64,000 nucleotides of DNA from an uncultured Candidatus Bathyarchaeia archaeon (GTDB lineage Archaea; Thermoproteota; Bathyarchaeia; Bathyarchaeales; DTEX01). The stretch lies in assembly GCA_964513245.1 (NCBI GenBank), contig CAZELO010000008.1, positions 1,170 through 65,169 on the forward strand. The letters are read 5' to 3'. Below are positions 19,042-28,058 of the stretch, piece by piece (positions within the stretch are counted from its first letter, which is position 1; every line of letters starts with the position of its first letter). The notes under the pieces were generated by a model. That model was not told where the DNA came from and ran no database searches. It was given only the letters and a program-made list of their open reading frames with translations. A program made the translations under genes and the position numbers.

Positions 19042-19353
19042 ATGGTCTACTGCACTAAATGCGGAGCCCAGAACAGCGAAGACACGCAATACTGCGTTCA
19101 ATGTGGAGCCCTTTTGCATCCGCCTACCGAGGAACCTACAAGGCATGGTACGCGGCGAAGAGAGATGCATTACCGCAGTGCGCACCCAGCAAGTTTCTTC
19201 TGGCTGATTGTTGGGCTGGCGATCTTACTGTGGGGTCTGTCTGAGCTTCTAGCAGTCTATTTCGGAGTGACGCTTGAAGTTTGGCCGCTGGTACTTATCA
19301 TCGTTGGATTATACTTGGTATACCGCGCCCTTTCCCGCCTCAGACGCAAATAG
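19042..19353 (+). CDS. zinc-ribbon membrane protein
   Basis: MVYCTKCGAQNSEDTQYCVQCGALL followed by two TM helices. The start was set at ATG 19042. Confidence 0.6.
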   Translation: MVYCTKCGAQNSEDTQYCVQCGALLHPPTEEPTRHGTRRREMHYRSAHPASFFWLIVGLAILLWGLSELLAVYFGVTLEVWPLVLIIVGLYLVYRALSRLRRK

Positions 19354-19526
19354 TCCATTGAAGTCTGTCCAGAGGCTCCTGCATTTACGGTTACTTCTCT
19401 AGCAGCGGAGCTTATTTGTGTGGTTTTTGGCAGTCCTTTGTCGAAATGGGAATGGCCAGCTGGCGGTCTGGCTTTTTAGCGACGCGGATTAAGGTTTATA
19501 TGTGGCGGCGGGTATTAATGAGGTAA

Positions 19527-19835
19527 TTTACCTTTAGGTTACTACACATTACAGAGTCAATGGGGGTGAATCGTCAGTTATGCCAACGCATGGTGCGCTA
19601 TCGAAAGCCGGAAAGGTTAGATCGCTTACTGGCAAGCCGGGCAGAGGGTCCAAGGCTGATCTTAATCCAAGGATTAACAACCGAAGAGCGTACAGAAGAC
19701 GAATAGTCTTGGACAGAAACGTGAGCCGATCTAGTGCCCAAGGCGGCCAATTCGAACCTTTCAAGCGCCGTAGGCGTTAAGAAGGGGAGCCCTATCCGAT
19801 TTAGCTCCTGCAATTTGCGATTGGCACTCCTCAAA
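19527..19835 (+). ncRNA. candidate structured non-coding RNA, family unresolved (some RNase P RNA-like motifs)
   Basis: A 550-nt gap without a convincing ORF. A TATA-like tttatatg lies at 19494-19501. Hand-checked nested long-range helices are AGAUCGCUUAC/GUGAGCCGAUCU, GUCCAAGG/UCUUGGAC and AGUGCCCAA/UUGGCACU. Hairpins are UUAAUC-CAAG-GAUUAA, GCGCC-GUAG-GCGU and GGAGC-N13-GCUCC. GGAAAGG and GACAGAAAC motifs recall CR-I and CR-V. Strand and family are not established. Confidence 0.35.
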
Positions 19836-19906
19836 TTTCAGGTATAAATGGATAACGTTGTCATGAGAAAAAGAATGATCTGAACAACTTGGTGTAGGAT
19901 GCAGAG

Positions 19907-20647
19907 ATGGATAAGAAGGATATTGTTGGAGACGAGGTTCTGAAGAAAGCGGAGCTCCTGATGGAGCTAAGAGGCTATAAGATGGAAGATCTTCACCGTG
20001 ACGGCGAGATAATTGACATCAACGCTTCTAAGCCGGATTCAGATGAGACAGTGTTGATACGCGTCGTGACCGAATCTGAACAAAGATTAGACGATGTTGG
20101 CGTGGACAAAGTCAGGGAACTGGAGCGAACCTTGGAAAAACGTGACATCGACAAGATCATCATGCTGGGCAGGAGCTTCACCGATTCTGCGAGGAGAGAT
20201 CTTGGTCAATATGGGATGGAATTTTTTTCAGACAAGCGGAAGATCATATCAGCTCTCAGCAGGGAGGAATTATATTCCAAGATACTCGACTGCGTGAATG
20301 AATTGTGCAAGATTGAGTGCGGAAGCATTCCTCAGTCTGAAGATGAATGCCAAGGATACTCTGAAGGCTCAAGTGTTTGCTCTTTATGCGGAGGAAGCGG
20401 AGAGATATCTGTTCCATCTGGATCATATTGGAAGCGAATGTGCCCTGTTTGCCGCGGTGTAGGTTCGAAAGAAAAACATTACTCCTGCAAAATCAGGTTA
20501 ATCAGTGACAACGTTAGTTTCCACTTCGAAAGAGGCTGGACAGATCTCCTCCAAAATGACCTTTTATCCCTCCTAAGAATTCTGCGAACTACAAGAAGGG
20601 CATCAAAAAGAAAAACCTCCATCATTGGCTCACAGTTCTCTTGTTAA
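19907..20647 (+). CDS. Mrr/restriction-endonuclease-like N-terminal domain fused to DnaJ-type CxxCxGxG zinc-finger region
   Basis: The pattern GEIIDINASK ... VLIRVV ... IIMLGRSFTDSARRDL resembles Mrr_cat. The C-terminal half has CSLCGGSGE and CPVCRGVGS repeats. Confidence 0.55.
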   Translation: MDKKDIVGDEVLKKAELLMELRGYKMEDLHRDGEIIDINASKPDSDETVLIRVVTESEQRLDDVGVDKVRELERTLEKRDIDKIIMLGRSFTDSARRDLGQYGMEFFSDKRKIISALSREELYSKILDCVNELCKIECGSIPQSEDECQGYSEGSSVCSLCGGSGEISVPSGSYWKRMCPVCRGVGSKEKHYSCKIRLISDNVSFHFERGWTDLLQNDLLSLLRILRTTRRASKRKTSIIGSQFSC

Positions 20648-20932
20648 GACCAGATTTTCAACCAAACAGGATGAAAGATTCCTGCATGCTGACTAATTTC
20701 TTAGAGGCTAGGCTTTATGTTTCCCAGCCTTGTCGATTGCCCGCAAAGCTGATTCAAGTGTTTAGAGAATCATCTTATATCTGATGCCTCCGCAGGGTGC
20801 GGACATAATCAAGCAACTTTGGCTTGCGCAAACCAAGAATACTATTTTTTTATACTCTGGGAATATCTGTTTATGTATGACTTCGCAATTAGGTTAACAG
20901 GAAGAGTGTGAGAGCAGAAGGGAACTTTTTAG

Positions 20933-22825
20933 ATGGTCGACGCGAAACCGCTGAGGCAGAGACCTTACGAAGAAAAGAAGACAAGCCTAGAAAAAGCGCT
21001 CGGCATGATAAAGACCGGAGACCACATCTTCATCGGTTCAGCCTGCGGGGAACCACAGTATCTCGCCAAAGGCTTGGTTGAGAAGGCAGACCACCTTGCG
21101 GACAACGAGATACTGCACGTTCACACGCTTGGAGTCGCGCCCTACGCGAAGCCAGTCTACTCGGACAGGTTTCGTCTCAACGCTTTCTTCGTCGGCACGA
21201 ACACGCGCCAAGCGGTTGCTGATGGCAGAGCTGACTATTCGCCGACCTTTCTGTCTGATCTTCCGCATCTCATTCGCATGGACATGGTGTCGAACGATGT
21301 CGCGCTCATACAAGTGACGCCGCCTGACGAGCACGGCTTCTGCAGCTTAGGCGTCTCGGTTGAGATCACCAAAACGGCTGCGGAGAAGGCAAAACTCGTC
21401 ATTGCACAGGTCAACCGTAGGATGCCGCGGGTTTTGGGGGATAGCTTCGTCCACATTGACGACATCGATGTTGCTGTGGAGTACGATGAACCGATTTTGG
21501 AGAGCCCCCGCCCCGAAAGTGACATAGTCTCAGAGAGAATAGCGAGATACGTCTCTGAGCTCGTTGAGGACGAATCGACACTCCAAATCGGGATAGGAAG
21601 CATCCCAGACGCTGTGCTGGATGCCTTGAAGGACAAAAAAGATCTGGGTCTACATACCGAGCTGCTGACCGAGGGGGTTGTCGACCTTGTCGAGTCAGGC
21701 GTGATCACATGCGAAAAGAAGACAATAAACCGCGGCAAGATAATAGCTTCCTTCGCCATGGGAACGCGGCGCCTCTACGACTTCATTGACAACAACCCCA
21801 TGGTTGAGTTCTACGAGTCAGACTACGTGAACAATCCCTTCGTCATCAGTCAACACGAGAAAATGACCGCAATAAACCAGGCACTCGAAATCGACCTGAC
21901 AGGACAGGTCTGCTCAGACTCTCTAGGCTACCGCTTCTACAGCGGACTCGGTGGGCAAGCTGACTTCATGAGAGGCGCAAGACTGTCCAAGGGAGGAAAA
22001 GCTATTACTGTTGCTCCGTCAACTGCCGAGGAAGGAAAGGTCTCGCGCATCAGACACCTTCTAAGCGAAGGCGCCGGCATCGTCTTGACAAGAGGCGACG
22101 TGGACTATATAGTCACAGAATATGGCGTAGCCTCTTTGAGAGGGAGACCCATAAGGGAGCGAGCCATATCCCTCACCAACATTGCGCATCCAAAGTTCAG
22201 AAACGAACTTCTGAAATGGGCAAAAGAACATCACTATGTCCCTCCAGAGGTTCTGCCATTCCCCGAGATAGAGTATCCAGAAGAGTTGAAGCGAACCATC
22301 ACCCTGAAAGACGGAACAAAGGTTCTTCTACGTCCAATCAAGCCCTCCGACGTTACGCTGAAGCAACACCTCTTCTATTCGCTCTCAAAAGAAAGCGTAG
22401 TCAAGAGATACTTTGGCTCCTTGAAATCCATGCCCCTAAAGCGGGTATGGCCCTACGTGACCATAGACTACGACAACGAGATGAGCATTGTCGGCGTCGC
22501 GATGGAAGAGGACAGGGAAGTCATAATCGCCATCGGCAGCTACTCCTGCATCCCGCATACGAAACTCGCCGAGGTATCCTTCATCGTCAGAGACGACTGG
22601 CAGAACAGAGGGATCGGAACGCACCTCTTCCGCTTTCTGATTGAAATAGCGAAGGAGCGCGGGCTGGACGGTTTCACAGCGTGGGTCTTAAGGGACAATC
22701 TCCAGATGATGCGGGTCTTCAAGCGAAGCCCGTACAAAATGAACTACGTGGTCGAGGGAGACCTATACCACGTCACGCTGAGCTTCGGCAAAACAGACGG
22801 AAAAGGAAAGAACAAGTCAGACTAG
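20933..22825 (+). CDS. acetyl-CoA hydrolase/transferase family domain fused to C-terminal GNAT acetyltransferase domain
   Basis: The N-terminal roughly 430 aa has CoA-transferase blocks (INQALEIDLTGQVCSDSLGYRFYSGLGGQADF). The C-terminal roughly 150 aa has the GNAT motif (VRDDWQNRGIGTHLFRFLIEIAKERG). Confidence 0.85.
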   Translation: MVDAKPLRQRPYEEKKTSLEKALGMIKTGDHIFIGSACGEPQYLAKGLVEKADHLADNEILHVHTLGVAPYAKPVYSDRFRLNAFFVGTNTRQAVADGRADYSPTFLSDLPHLIRMDMVSNDVALIQVTPPDEHGFCSLGVSVEITKTAAEKAKLVIAQVNRRMPRVLGDSFVHIDDIDVAVEYDEPILESPRPESDIVSERIARYVSELVEDESTLQIGIGSIPDAVLDALKDKKDLGLHTELLTEGVVDLVESGVITCEKKTINRGKIIASFAMGTRRLYDFIDNNPMVEFYESDYVNNPFVISQHEKMTAINQALEIDLTGQVCSDSLGYRFYSGLGGQADFMRGARLSKGGKAITVAPSTAEEGKVSRIRHLLSEGAGIVLTRGDVDYIVTEYGVASLRGRPIRERAISLTNIAHPKFRNELLKWAKEHHYVPPEVLPFPEIEYPEELKRTITLKDGTKVLLRPIKPSDVTLKQHLFYSLSKESVVKRYFGSLKSMPLKRVWPYVTIDYDNEMSIVGVAMEEDREVIIAIGSYSCIPHTKLAEVSFIVRDDWQNRGIGTHLFRFLIEIAKERGLDGFTAWVLRDNLQMMRVFKRSPYKMNYVVEGDLYHVTLSFGKTDGKGKNKSD

Positions 22826-22831
22826 CTGAAT

Positions 22832-23437
22832 TCACTTCTTTGCTGGCTTGCTGAACTCCGAGACCACTTTTTCCTTAACCGAAGAGAAATGCGCCGGGAT
22901 GTCTTTCGGAGCCAAGCCTCTGGATAGATATCCTGAAAACCTGATGACAGCCTCCATATTAGAAGAGATCTTGTCAGCGTAGTCTGCGATGTGCTGTCCT
23001 TGGATTCTTGCGTCGTCCGGAAAGTTCTCTTCATTCAGCGGCACTTCGACGCCAGCGTCAACAAACCCCTTCAGCGCCGCGAAGACGCCTGCACCCTTTG
23101 ATGGCGATTGCAGCCCGATGTCCAGAATGGCAGATTTGACTTTTTTGGCAGCTGATCTGTAGCCACACAGCAATCCAGTCAGGTAGGCAGCTGAGAGGCC
23201 GTTGAGGCTTCCAAGCCAGCCGTATTTTTCTCGTAACTCGCTGGAGTACGCCGCGATTATCACATCGTCACCGATCGCAGCCGATCTGACCAGCTGCATC
23301 ATGATGCGTTTTCCGGTTTTCCTGATGACTAGCCTAGGCTGTCCTGAGAGTATGAGGCGTTTCCTAAGCCTGTAGTTTGTTTTTCCTTCTCTTCGCCTTC
23401 GGTATGGAACGTTGTAGGATGGTCCTTTCGCCATCAA
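22832..23437 (-). CDS. rpl18: 50S ribosomal protein L18 (uL18)
   Basis: PYRRRREGKTNYRLRKRLI N-terminus, at the last position in the cluster. Confidence 0.9.
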   Translation of the reverse strand: MMAKGPSYNVPYRRRREGKTNYRLRKRLILSGQPRLVIRKTGKRIMMQLVRSAAIGDDVIIAAYSSELREKYGWLGSLNGLSAAYLTGLLCGYRSAAKKVKSAILDIGLQSPSKGAGVFAALKGFVDAGVEVPLNEENFPDDARIQGQHIADYADKISSNMEAVIRFSGYLSRGLAPKDIPAHFSSVKEKVVSEFSKPAKK

Positions 23438-23886
23438 CGCCGCCTCCTGAGGTTATGTGCTTCCATGTATCGTTTCATGTCCGAAACCGACTCGAAGACT
23501 CCGCTTTTAGCCATAACATAAAGCTGGTGATAGGCATCCTCCGAGATTACGCGCCGGTTCTTCATTTCTTGGAGCCTCGACCTTAGAGCCCTGATCTTCC
23601 TCTCCCACATTTCTTTCGATGGGGTTCTTGCGCCTTGGGAACCTGTTAGGCTTCCGCGTCCTCTGCGTCTGCCTGCCTTCCTCTTTTCGTGAAAGATGCG
23701 GGCGCGTGCACGGCTTACGCCTTTTTCAGGCATTTTTCGGATGGCTTTTTCGTGTATGAGCTTCCTGATTTCCTCTCGTGATATGGCTAGTTCGATGTCG
23801 TCGAACCTTTCCGGATCTATCCATACTCTGTTCTCGCCAACTTTGAGGATCTCAGCAGCCATGCGACATTGACTTCTTAAACTCAA
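23434..23886 (-). CDS. rpl19e: 50S ribosomal protein L19e
   Basis: RMAAEILKVGENRVWIDP. A TTG start at 23886 is proposed (the alternative is ATG 23862). The longer track ORF would overlap L32e. Confidence 0.85.
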   Translation of the reverse strand: MSLRSQCRMAAEILKVGENRVWIDPERFDDIELAISREEIRKLIHEKAIRKMPEKGVSRARARIFHEKRKAGRRRGRGSLTGSQGARTPSKEMWERKIRALRSRLQEMKNRRVISEDAYHQLYVMAKSGVFESVSDMKRYMEAHNLRRRR

Positions 23887-23908
23887 ATTCGGACACCATC
23901 CGTCATAT

Positions 23909-24361
23909 TCACTTTTTGTCTTCCACTTTTGTTTCTGTCTTCTCCACAGGGATCTCTTCAAACTCTTTGAATTCTCTCGGGTTCAGGACGCGTATCTTCA
24001 TCTCTTTCGCTCTGTTTATGATCTCGGTTCTTTTTCGAGTTCCAACCGCATGGGCTATTCGGACAGCTTCGCGGCTGGGGTCAATACCATTCAAATCGTC
24101 AACATTGAAGACTCTGACTTCTGCGAATCCTGAGGGATGCAGCCCACGTGTTTGTTTCGGACCTCTGTAGCCACTGTCTGGGGAGGCGGGCCAACCTTTG
24201 GTATCCTTACGCATCTTGCTATCTAAACCCCGAGGCTTCCTCCACCTGCTCTTCACGCGTTTGTATCGCCAGCTCTCTTCACGCTGAAAGTCAGGCTTCT
24301 TCGCCTTCTCTTTCTTTCTTTTAGCCACTTGCTTTTTCAAGTCGGCTTCTTCTTGTTTCAA
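23909..24361 (-). CDS. rpl32e: 50S ribosomal protein L32e
   Basis: FQREESWRYKRVKSRWRKPRGLDSKMR. Confidence 0.9.
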   Translation of the reverse strand: MKQEEADLKKQVAKRKKEKAKKPDFQREESWRYKRVKSRWRKPRGLDSKMRKDTKGWPASPDSGYRGPKQTRGLHPSGFAEVRVFNVDDLNGIDPSREAVRIAHAVGTRKRTEIINRAKEMKIRVLNPREFKEFEEIPVEKTETKVEDKK

Positions 24362-24906
24362 TCCACTATGCCTCTCAGTTTTTGTAGGACGTAGATGCCG
24401 TCTAGGAAGATCCTTGGGTCTTTCTCTTTCACCTTTGTTGCCTGCTCAATGTTTGCCGCGGTCTGGCTCACCTTTTCAACATCAAGCCCTTGAACGACTA
24501 TGTCGTCGCCCTTCACGATAACCTTGACCTCGCCGATAATGTTGGCGGTTCTAGCGGTTCTCTCGCCCATAAAGTTCTCTATAAGAATCTTTTTACCGTC
24601 CACCTTCACCGAGATCGGAAAGTGGGAAAAGACGATTTTGAGCTTGTAGGTTGACCCGTTCGTCACACCGCTTATCATGTTTCTGATGTGTGAACACACG
24701 GTTCCAACCAGCGCCCGTTCCTTCCGCTTGGGCCACGTGGCTGAAACCTTAACCTCACCTTCCTCGATCTGGATAGAGACCGGAGCATGAGAGAAATCTC
24801 TGACCAGACTCCCTTTCTCACTGATGACCTCGACTCTTTTTCCTTCCAGATTGATTTTCACGCCATCAGGGATTTCGACTGTTCTGAACTCTATGGGGCG
24901 CATCAA
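24358..24906 (-). CDS. rpl6: 50S ribosomal protein L6 (uL6)
   Basis: Order in the cluster and a two-domain L6 pattern (VEIPDGVKINLEGKRVEV ...). Confidence 0.9.
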   Translation of the reverse strand: MMRPIEFRTVEIPDGVKINLEGKRVEVISEKGSLVRDFSHAPVSIQIEEGEVKVSATWPKRKERALVGTVCSHIRNMISGVTNGSTYKLKIVFSHFPISVKVDGKKILIENFMGERTARTANIIGEVKVIVKGDDIVVQGLDVEKVSQTAANIEQATKVKEKDPRIFLDGIYVLQKLRGIVD

Positions 24907-24920
24907 CTTGACCTCCAGTT

Positions 24921-25310
24921 TTAATAGACAAATGCCAGAAGGCGTCCTCCGATGCCCTGCATCCTTGTTTCCTTATGCGAGACTACTCCTTTTGAGCTCG
25001 AAACCACCAGCACGCCGATTTCTCTGGATGGAAGGTAGGTCTTCTCCCATTTTTCCAAGTCGTGTGTCTTGAAGGAAAATCTAGGCCTTATCGCCCCACA
25101 TTTGTTTATTCTGCCTAGAAGCTGAACTCGGAATTTTCCTGCGCGTCCGTCGTCTATGAACTCGAATTCTCCGATGTAGCCGTTCATTTGTATGACTCTG
25201 AGTACGTTGCCCAGAAGCTTTGAAGCAGGAGCTATTAGGCACTCCTTTTTTCTTCTAAGCTCGTTGTTTATGATCGTTATAAGCCCGTTGGCGATTGTGT
25301 CCATTTCCAT
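24921..25310 (-). CDS. rps8: 30S ribosomal protein S8 (uS8)
   Basis: [15 protein letters not shown]-terminus. ATG 25310 is preceded by GAGGTG. Confidence 0.9.
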   Translation of the reverse strand: MEMDTIANGLITIINNELRRKKECLIAPASKLLGNVLRVIQMNGYIGEFEFIDDGRAGKFRVQLLGRINKCGAIRPRFSFKTHDLEKWEKTYLPSREIGVLVVSSSKGVVSHKETRMQGIGGRLLAFVY

Positions 25311-25324
25311 ACCACACCTCACAA

Positions 25325-25489
25325 TTACTGGTATTTCTTGAATCCCAGCTTCTCAGCTACCTCTCTAAAGCAGTGCCTGCAGAGATTGAGGTTATATTTG
25401 CGTATGACGGGACCGTAGGACCCGCATCTGCTGCATGGCCTGCTGCCCTTACCGAACTTTCGTTCCTTTTTTCCTTTCTGTTCAGCCAT
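25325..25489 (-). CDS. rps14: 30S ribosomal protein S14 type Z (uS14)
   Basis: Not in the ORF track (54 aa). Hand translation gives [54 protein letters not shown], with a CxxC...CxxC zinc motif. It sits between L5 and S8 as expected. Confidence 0.85.
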   Translation of the reverse strand: MAEQKGKKERKFGKGSRPCSRCGSYGPVIRKYNLNLCRHCFREVAEKLGFKKYQ

Positions 25490-25500
25490 TACATTCTCTC

Positions 25501-26040
25501 CTAGACTACTTCGGCTCCTAGCGTTGATTTGACAAAGGATATTGCTTCATCTCGGTTTAATACGTGACTCGATCCGATGCTGGATTTAGCGCGATGTCTC
25601 TGCTTCACTCTTTGACCTGCTCGTCCTAAGATGACGGCGACGTCCATTCCTATTATGCCTAGATCGGGCGAATACTTCGTGCCCGCAATGCTTATGTGTT
25701 CTTTGATGCCGAAAGAGAAGTTGCCACACCTATCAAAGGATGCCGCCGGAAGCCTGTTGTCAACCGCCTCGAATGCTTTCTTTAGAAAGTCTTGGGCTCT
25801 CGGTCCACGTAACGTTACTATGCAGGCGGTGGGTTCTTTCTTTCTGATGCCGAAGTCCCTTATGGTCTTCTTGGCTCTTCTCATGCAGGGTTTCTGTCCT
25901 GTCAGTTCTTGAAGGATCTTCATGGCTCTCTCAAGGGGCTCGCCTGACTTTCCCACAGATATATTCACAACTACTTTCTCGATTCTCGGCGCCAGCATGG
26001 GATTATCTTGCCGTATTGCGCTGCCCTCTTGCAGAGACAT
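25501..26040 (-). CDS. rpl5: 50S ribosomal protein L5 (uL5)
   Basis: [18 protein letters not shown]. The start was set at ATG 26040, directly after the S4e stop. Confidence 0.9.
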   Translation of the reverse strand: MSLQEGSAIRQDNPMLAPRIEKVVVNISVGKSGEPLERAMKILQELTGQKPCMRRAKKTIRDFGIRKKEPTACIVTLRGPRAQDFLKKAFEAVDNRLPAASFDRCGNFSFGIKEHISIAGTKYSPDLGIIGMDVAVILGRAGQRVKQRHRAKSSIGSSHVLNRDEAISFVKSTLGAEVV

Positions 26041-26041
26041 T

Positions 26042-26797
26042 TCACTGGTCCTCCACAGGTTGTAATGATATTCTAGGCGTCTTGTCTCCAATGACGAAGA
26101 CATGGTTAAGCGTCGTCTGGAATACCTCTCTAGCTTTGCCCTTTATTGCCACAATGGAATCCCCGCGTTTCCGACCTGGTTGAACCGCAATGTTTGCTAT
26201 TGCGCCATGCTTCCCGATGTTTGCTCCGCCTACAAGTAGGGCCTGAATTCCTTTGCCGAGCTTCAGGTGTTCAAGGAGCTCCTGTTCGGGCAGACTTATC
26301 TTCAATGTATCAAGAACGTGGTAGGCATCTTTCGAGAGTTCCTTGTCGCGGATCAGCAGATTTCTTCCATCGTGCAAGTTGAGCTGAGTCTCGCCGCCGA
26401 CTATGGTTCTCTTGTTCTCAACTCTGCATAGTTTGAACTTTGCCTCATCAGGGCTTATCGGATTCAAGATTAAGCCTTTTCCGGATGGTATGAGACGGTA
26501 ATCTTTGCCGATTTCGGGTATGGAGATTACGTCCATCAATCCTGCAGGGAAACGTTCATCCCGTCTGACTTCGCCGTCCACCAAGATTTTTCCTTGAGAG
26601 ATTATCATCTTCGCTTCTCTCGCAGTCTTGGCGAAACCTAGCATCTCGCGAACTATAACTATCAGCGGTATGCATTGGCTAATAGGGTGAGGACCTGGTC
26701 TCGGCTTGGCAACCCACGAGAATTCCTTTCTATGTATAGGCCAGAATCTCGGTGCCATTTCCCGTTTCAGGTGTGCGCTACCACCCTTCTTTCCCAT
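26042..26797 (-). CDS. rps4e: 30S ribosomal protein S4e
   Basis: MGKKGGSAHLKREMAPRFWPIHRKE N-terminus. Confidence 0.9.
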   Translation of the reverse strand: MGKKGGSAHLKREMAPRFWPIHRKEFSWVAKPRPGPHPISQCIPLIVIVREMLGFAKTAREAKMIISQGKILVDGEVRRDERFPAGLMDVISIPEIGKDYRLIPSGKGLILNPISPDEAKFKLCRVENKRTIVGGETQLNLHDGRNLLIRDKELSKDAYHVLDTLKISLPEQELLEHLKLGKGIQALLVGGANIGKHGAIANIAVQPGRKRGDSIVAIKGKAREVFQTTLNHVFVIGDKTPRISLQPVEDQ

Positions 26798-26800
26798 TTT

Positions 26801-27274
26801 TTATTTTCCTCCTGATTTAGTTGATGCTTCTTCTGAAGGTATTTCTTGGGGCTTCTCTTCCTGTTCATCAGAAACCTTTTCCTCTACAGGTTTAGCCTCT
26901 TCGGTGGCCCCTTCTGTTTTTAGGACTCCCTTTCGCCACTTGTCATCTAGGTTCAAGTTTATTACTTTCACTTTGGACGCGTGGATCGGGATAAGGATTG
27001 TTGTTCCGTCTGCTTTCTCCCGTTTTATGCCGTCCACGAATATTCTGTATTTTTTCCTGTCAACGCGGGTTATTTTTCCTTCGTATCCAGTGTGGTCGCC
27101 TCTGGCGATTCTGACTGTGTCGCCGGTTCTCACTGGAACAGAACGTCTGTTGTAAGATTCCCTCAGCTCAGGTGAAAGATTGGCTGACAGGACTCTGCCC
27201 CTTCTATGGTAGGGGCTTTGAACGAGCCTTTTTCGCTGCATATCCGGTTTCGTGGTCTTGCTCTTCACAGCCAT
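26801..27274 (-). CDS. rpl24: 50S ribosomal protein L24 (uL24) with acidic C-terminal tail
   Basis: KOW motif (VPVRTGDTVRIARGDHTGYEGKI). ATG 27274 is preceded by GAGGG. Confidence 0.9.
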   Translation of the reverse strand: MAVKSKTTKPDMQRKRLVQSPYHRRGRVLSANLSPELRESYNRRSVPVRTGDTVRIARGDHTGYEGKITRVDRKKYRIFVDGIKREKADGTTILIPIHASKVKVINLNLDDKWRKGVLKTEGATEEAKPVEEKVSDEQEEKPQEIPSEEASTKSGGK

Positions 27275-27285
27275 CTTCCCTCTGT

Positions 27286-27726
27286 TCAAACTATTATGGT
27301 TGATGCGCTCGCTATTCTAGAGCTTCGTTCTGCAGCTTCCCTTGCCACCGGTCCACGTATCTCAGAACCACGCATCTCCCCCTCAGGCGTGATGAGAATA
27401 GCAGCATTGTCTTCAAACTGCACCCAGTTGCCCTCTGGGCGTCTGAAGGGTTTCCTTTGCCTTACAACAACCGCTTGGAAGAGCTTCTTTCTCAAATCAG
27501 GGGTCCCCTTTCTCACCGAAACCAGAATCAGATCGCCGACAGAAGCACTGGCTACTCGTCTCAGCCTCCCGTGATATCCTAGGACCTGTACCAGTCTTAG
27601 AATTCTAGCACCTGAGTTATCTGCGCATTTGATCAGAGAGCCCGCTAATACTCCTTTGGAGAGCTTTGTTCTCTGTCCGCCCAGTCCTTTTGCCCTTGAG
27701 GCTCGTCCCTTTGCCTTCGCCGCCAT
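27286..27726 (-). CDS. rpl14: 50S ribosomal protein L14 (uL14)
   Basis: IKCADNSGARILRLVQVLG. Confidence 0.9.
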   Translation of the reverse strand: MAAKAKGRASRAKGLGGQRTKLSKGVLAGSLIKCADNSGARILRLVQVLGYHGRLRRVASASVGDLILVSVRKGTPDLRKKLFQAVVVRQRKPFRRPEGNWVQFEDNAAILITPEGEMRGSEIRGPVAREAAERSSRIASASTIIV

Positions 27727-27734
27727 CTTTCACG

Positions 27735-28058
27735 TCACTTCTCCGTCTTCTCCACGACGACATATGAGACTGTTTTGCTTATAGGTCTGCATTCCATTAT
27801 CTTTACGCGGTCGTTCTCAGCGGCGTTTATGCATGGTGGGTTGTGGGCGGGAATGTGGCTGTGTCTTCGTTCGTAGCGCTTGTATTTGGGCACATATTTG
27901 AGGAAGTCCCGCCGAACTATAACGGCTTTCTCCATCTTGGAACTCGTAACGGTTCCTTCCAGCACGCGCCCCCTCAGCCGCAGTGAACCGTGGAATGGAC
28001 ATTCTGGATCATTACAGGTTTTCTCTGGTTTCTTGATTGAGCCAAGCGACATCACCAA
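27735..28058 (-). CDS. rps17: 30S ribosomal protein S17 (uS17)
   Basis: GRVLEGTVTSSKMEKAVIVRRDFLKYVPKYKRYERRHS. Confidence 0.9.
   Translation of the reverse strand: MVMSLGSIKKPEKTCNDPECPFHGSLRLRGRVLEGTVTSSKMEKAVIVRRDFLKYVPKYKRYERRHSHIPAHNPPCINAAENDRVKIMECRPISKTVSYVVVEKTEK

Noticed and set aside
19527-19835. Assignment of the structured RNA candidate as SRP (7S) RNA or as a canonical type A RNase P RNA.
   Set aside because: I could not find the helix 8 GGAA-tetraloop/AGCAGC signature of SRP RNA. For RNase P, the CR-I-like and CR-V-like elements are only about 100 nt apart with no specificity domain between them, and the P4 register differs from the consensus. The locus is kept only as an unclassified candidate.
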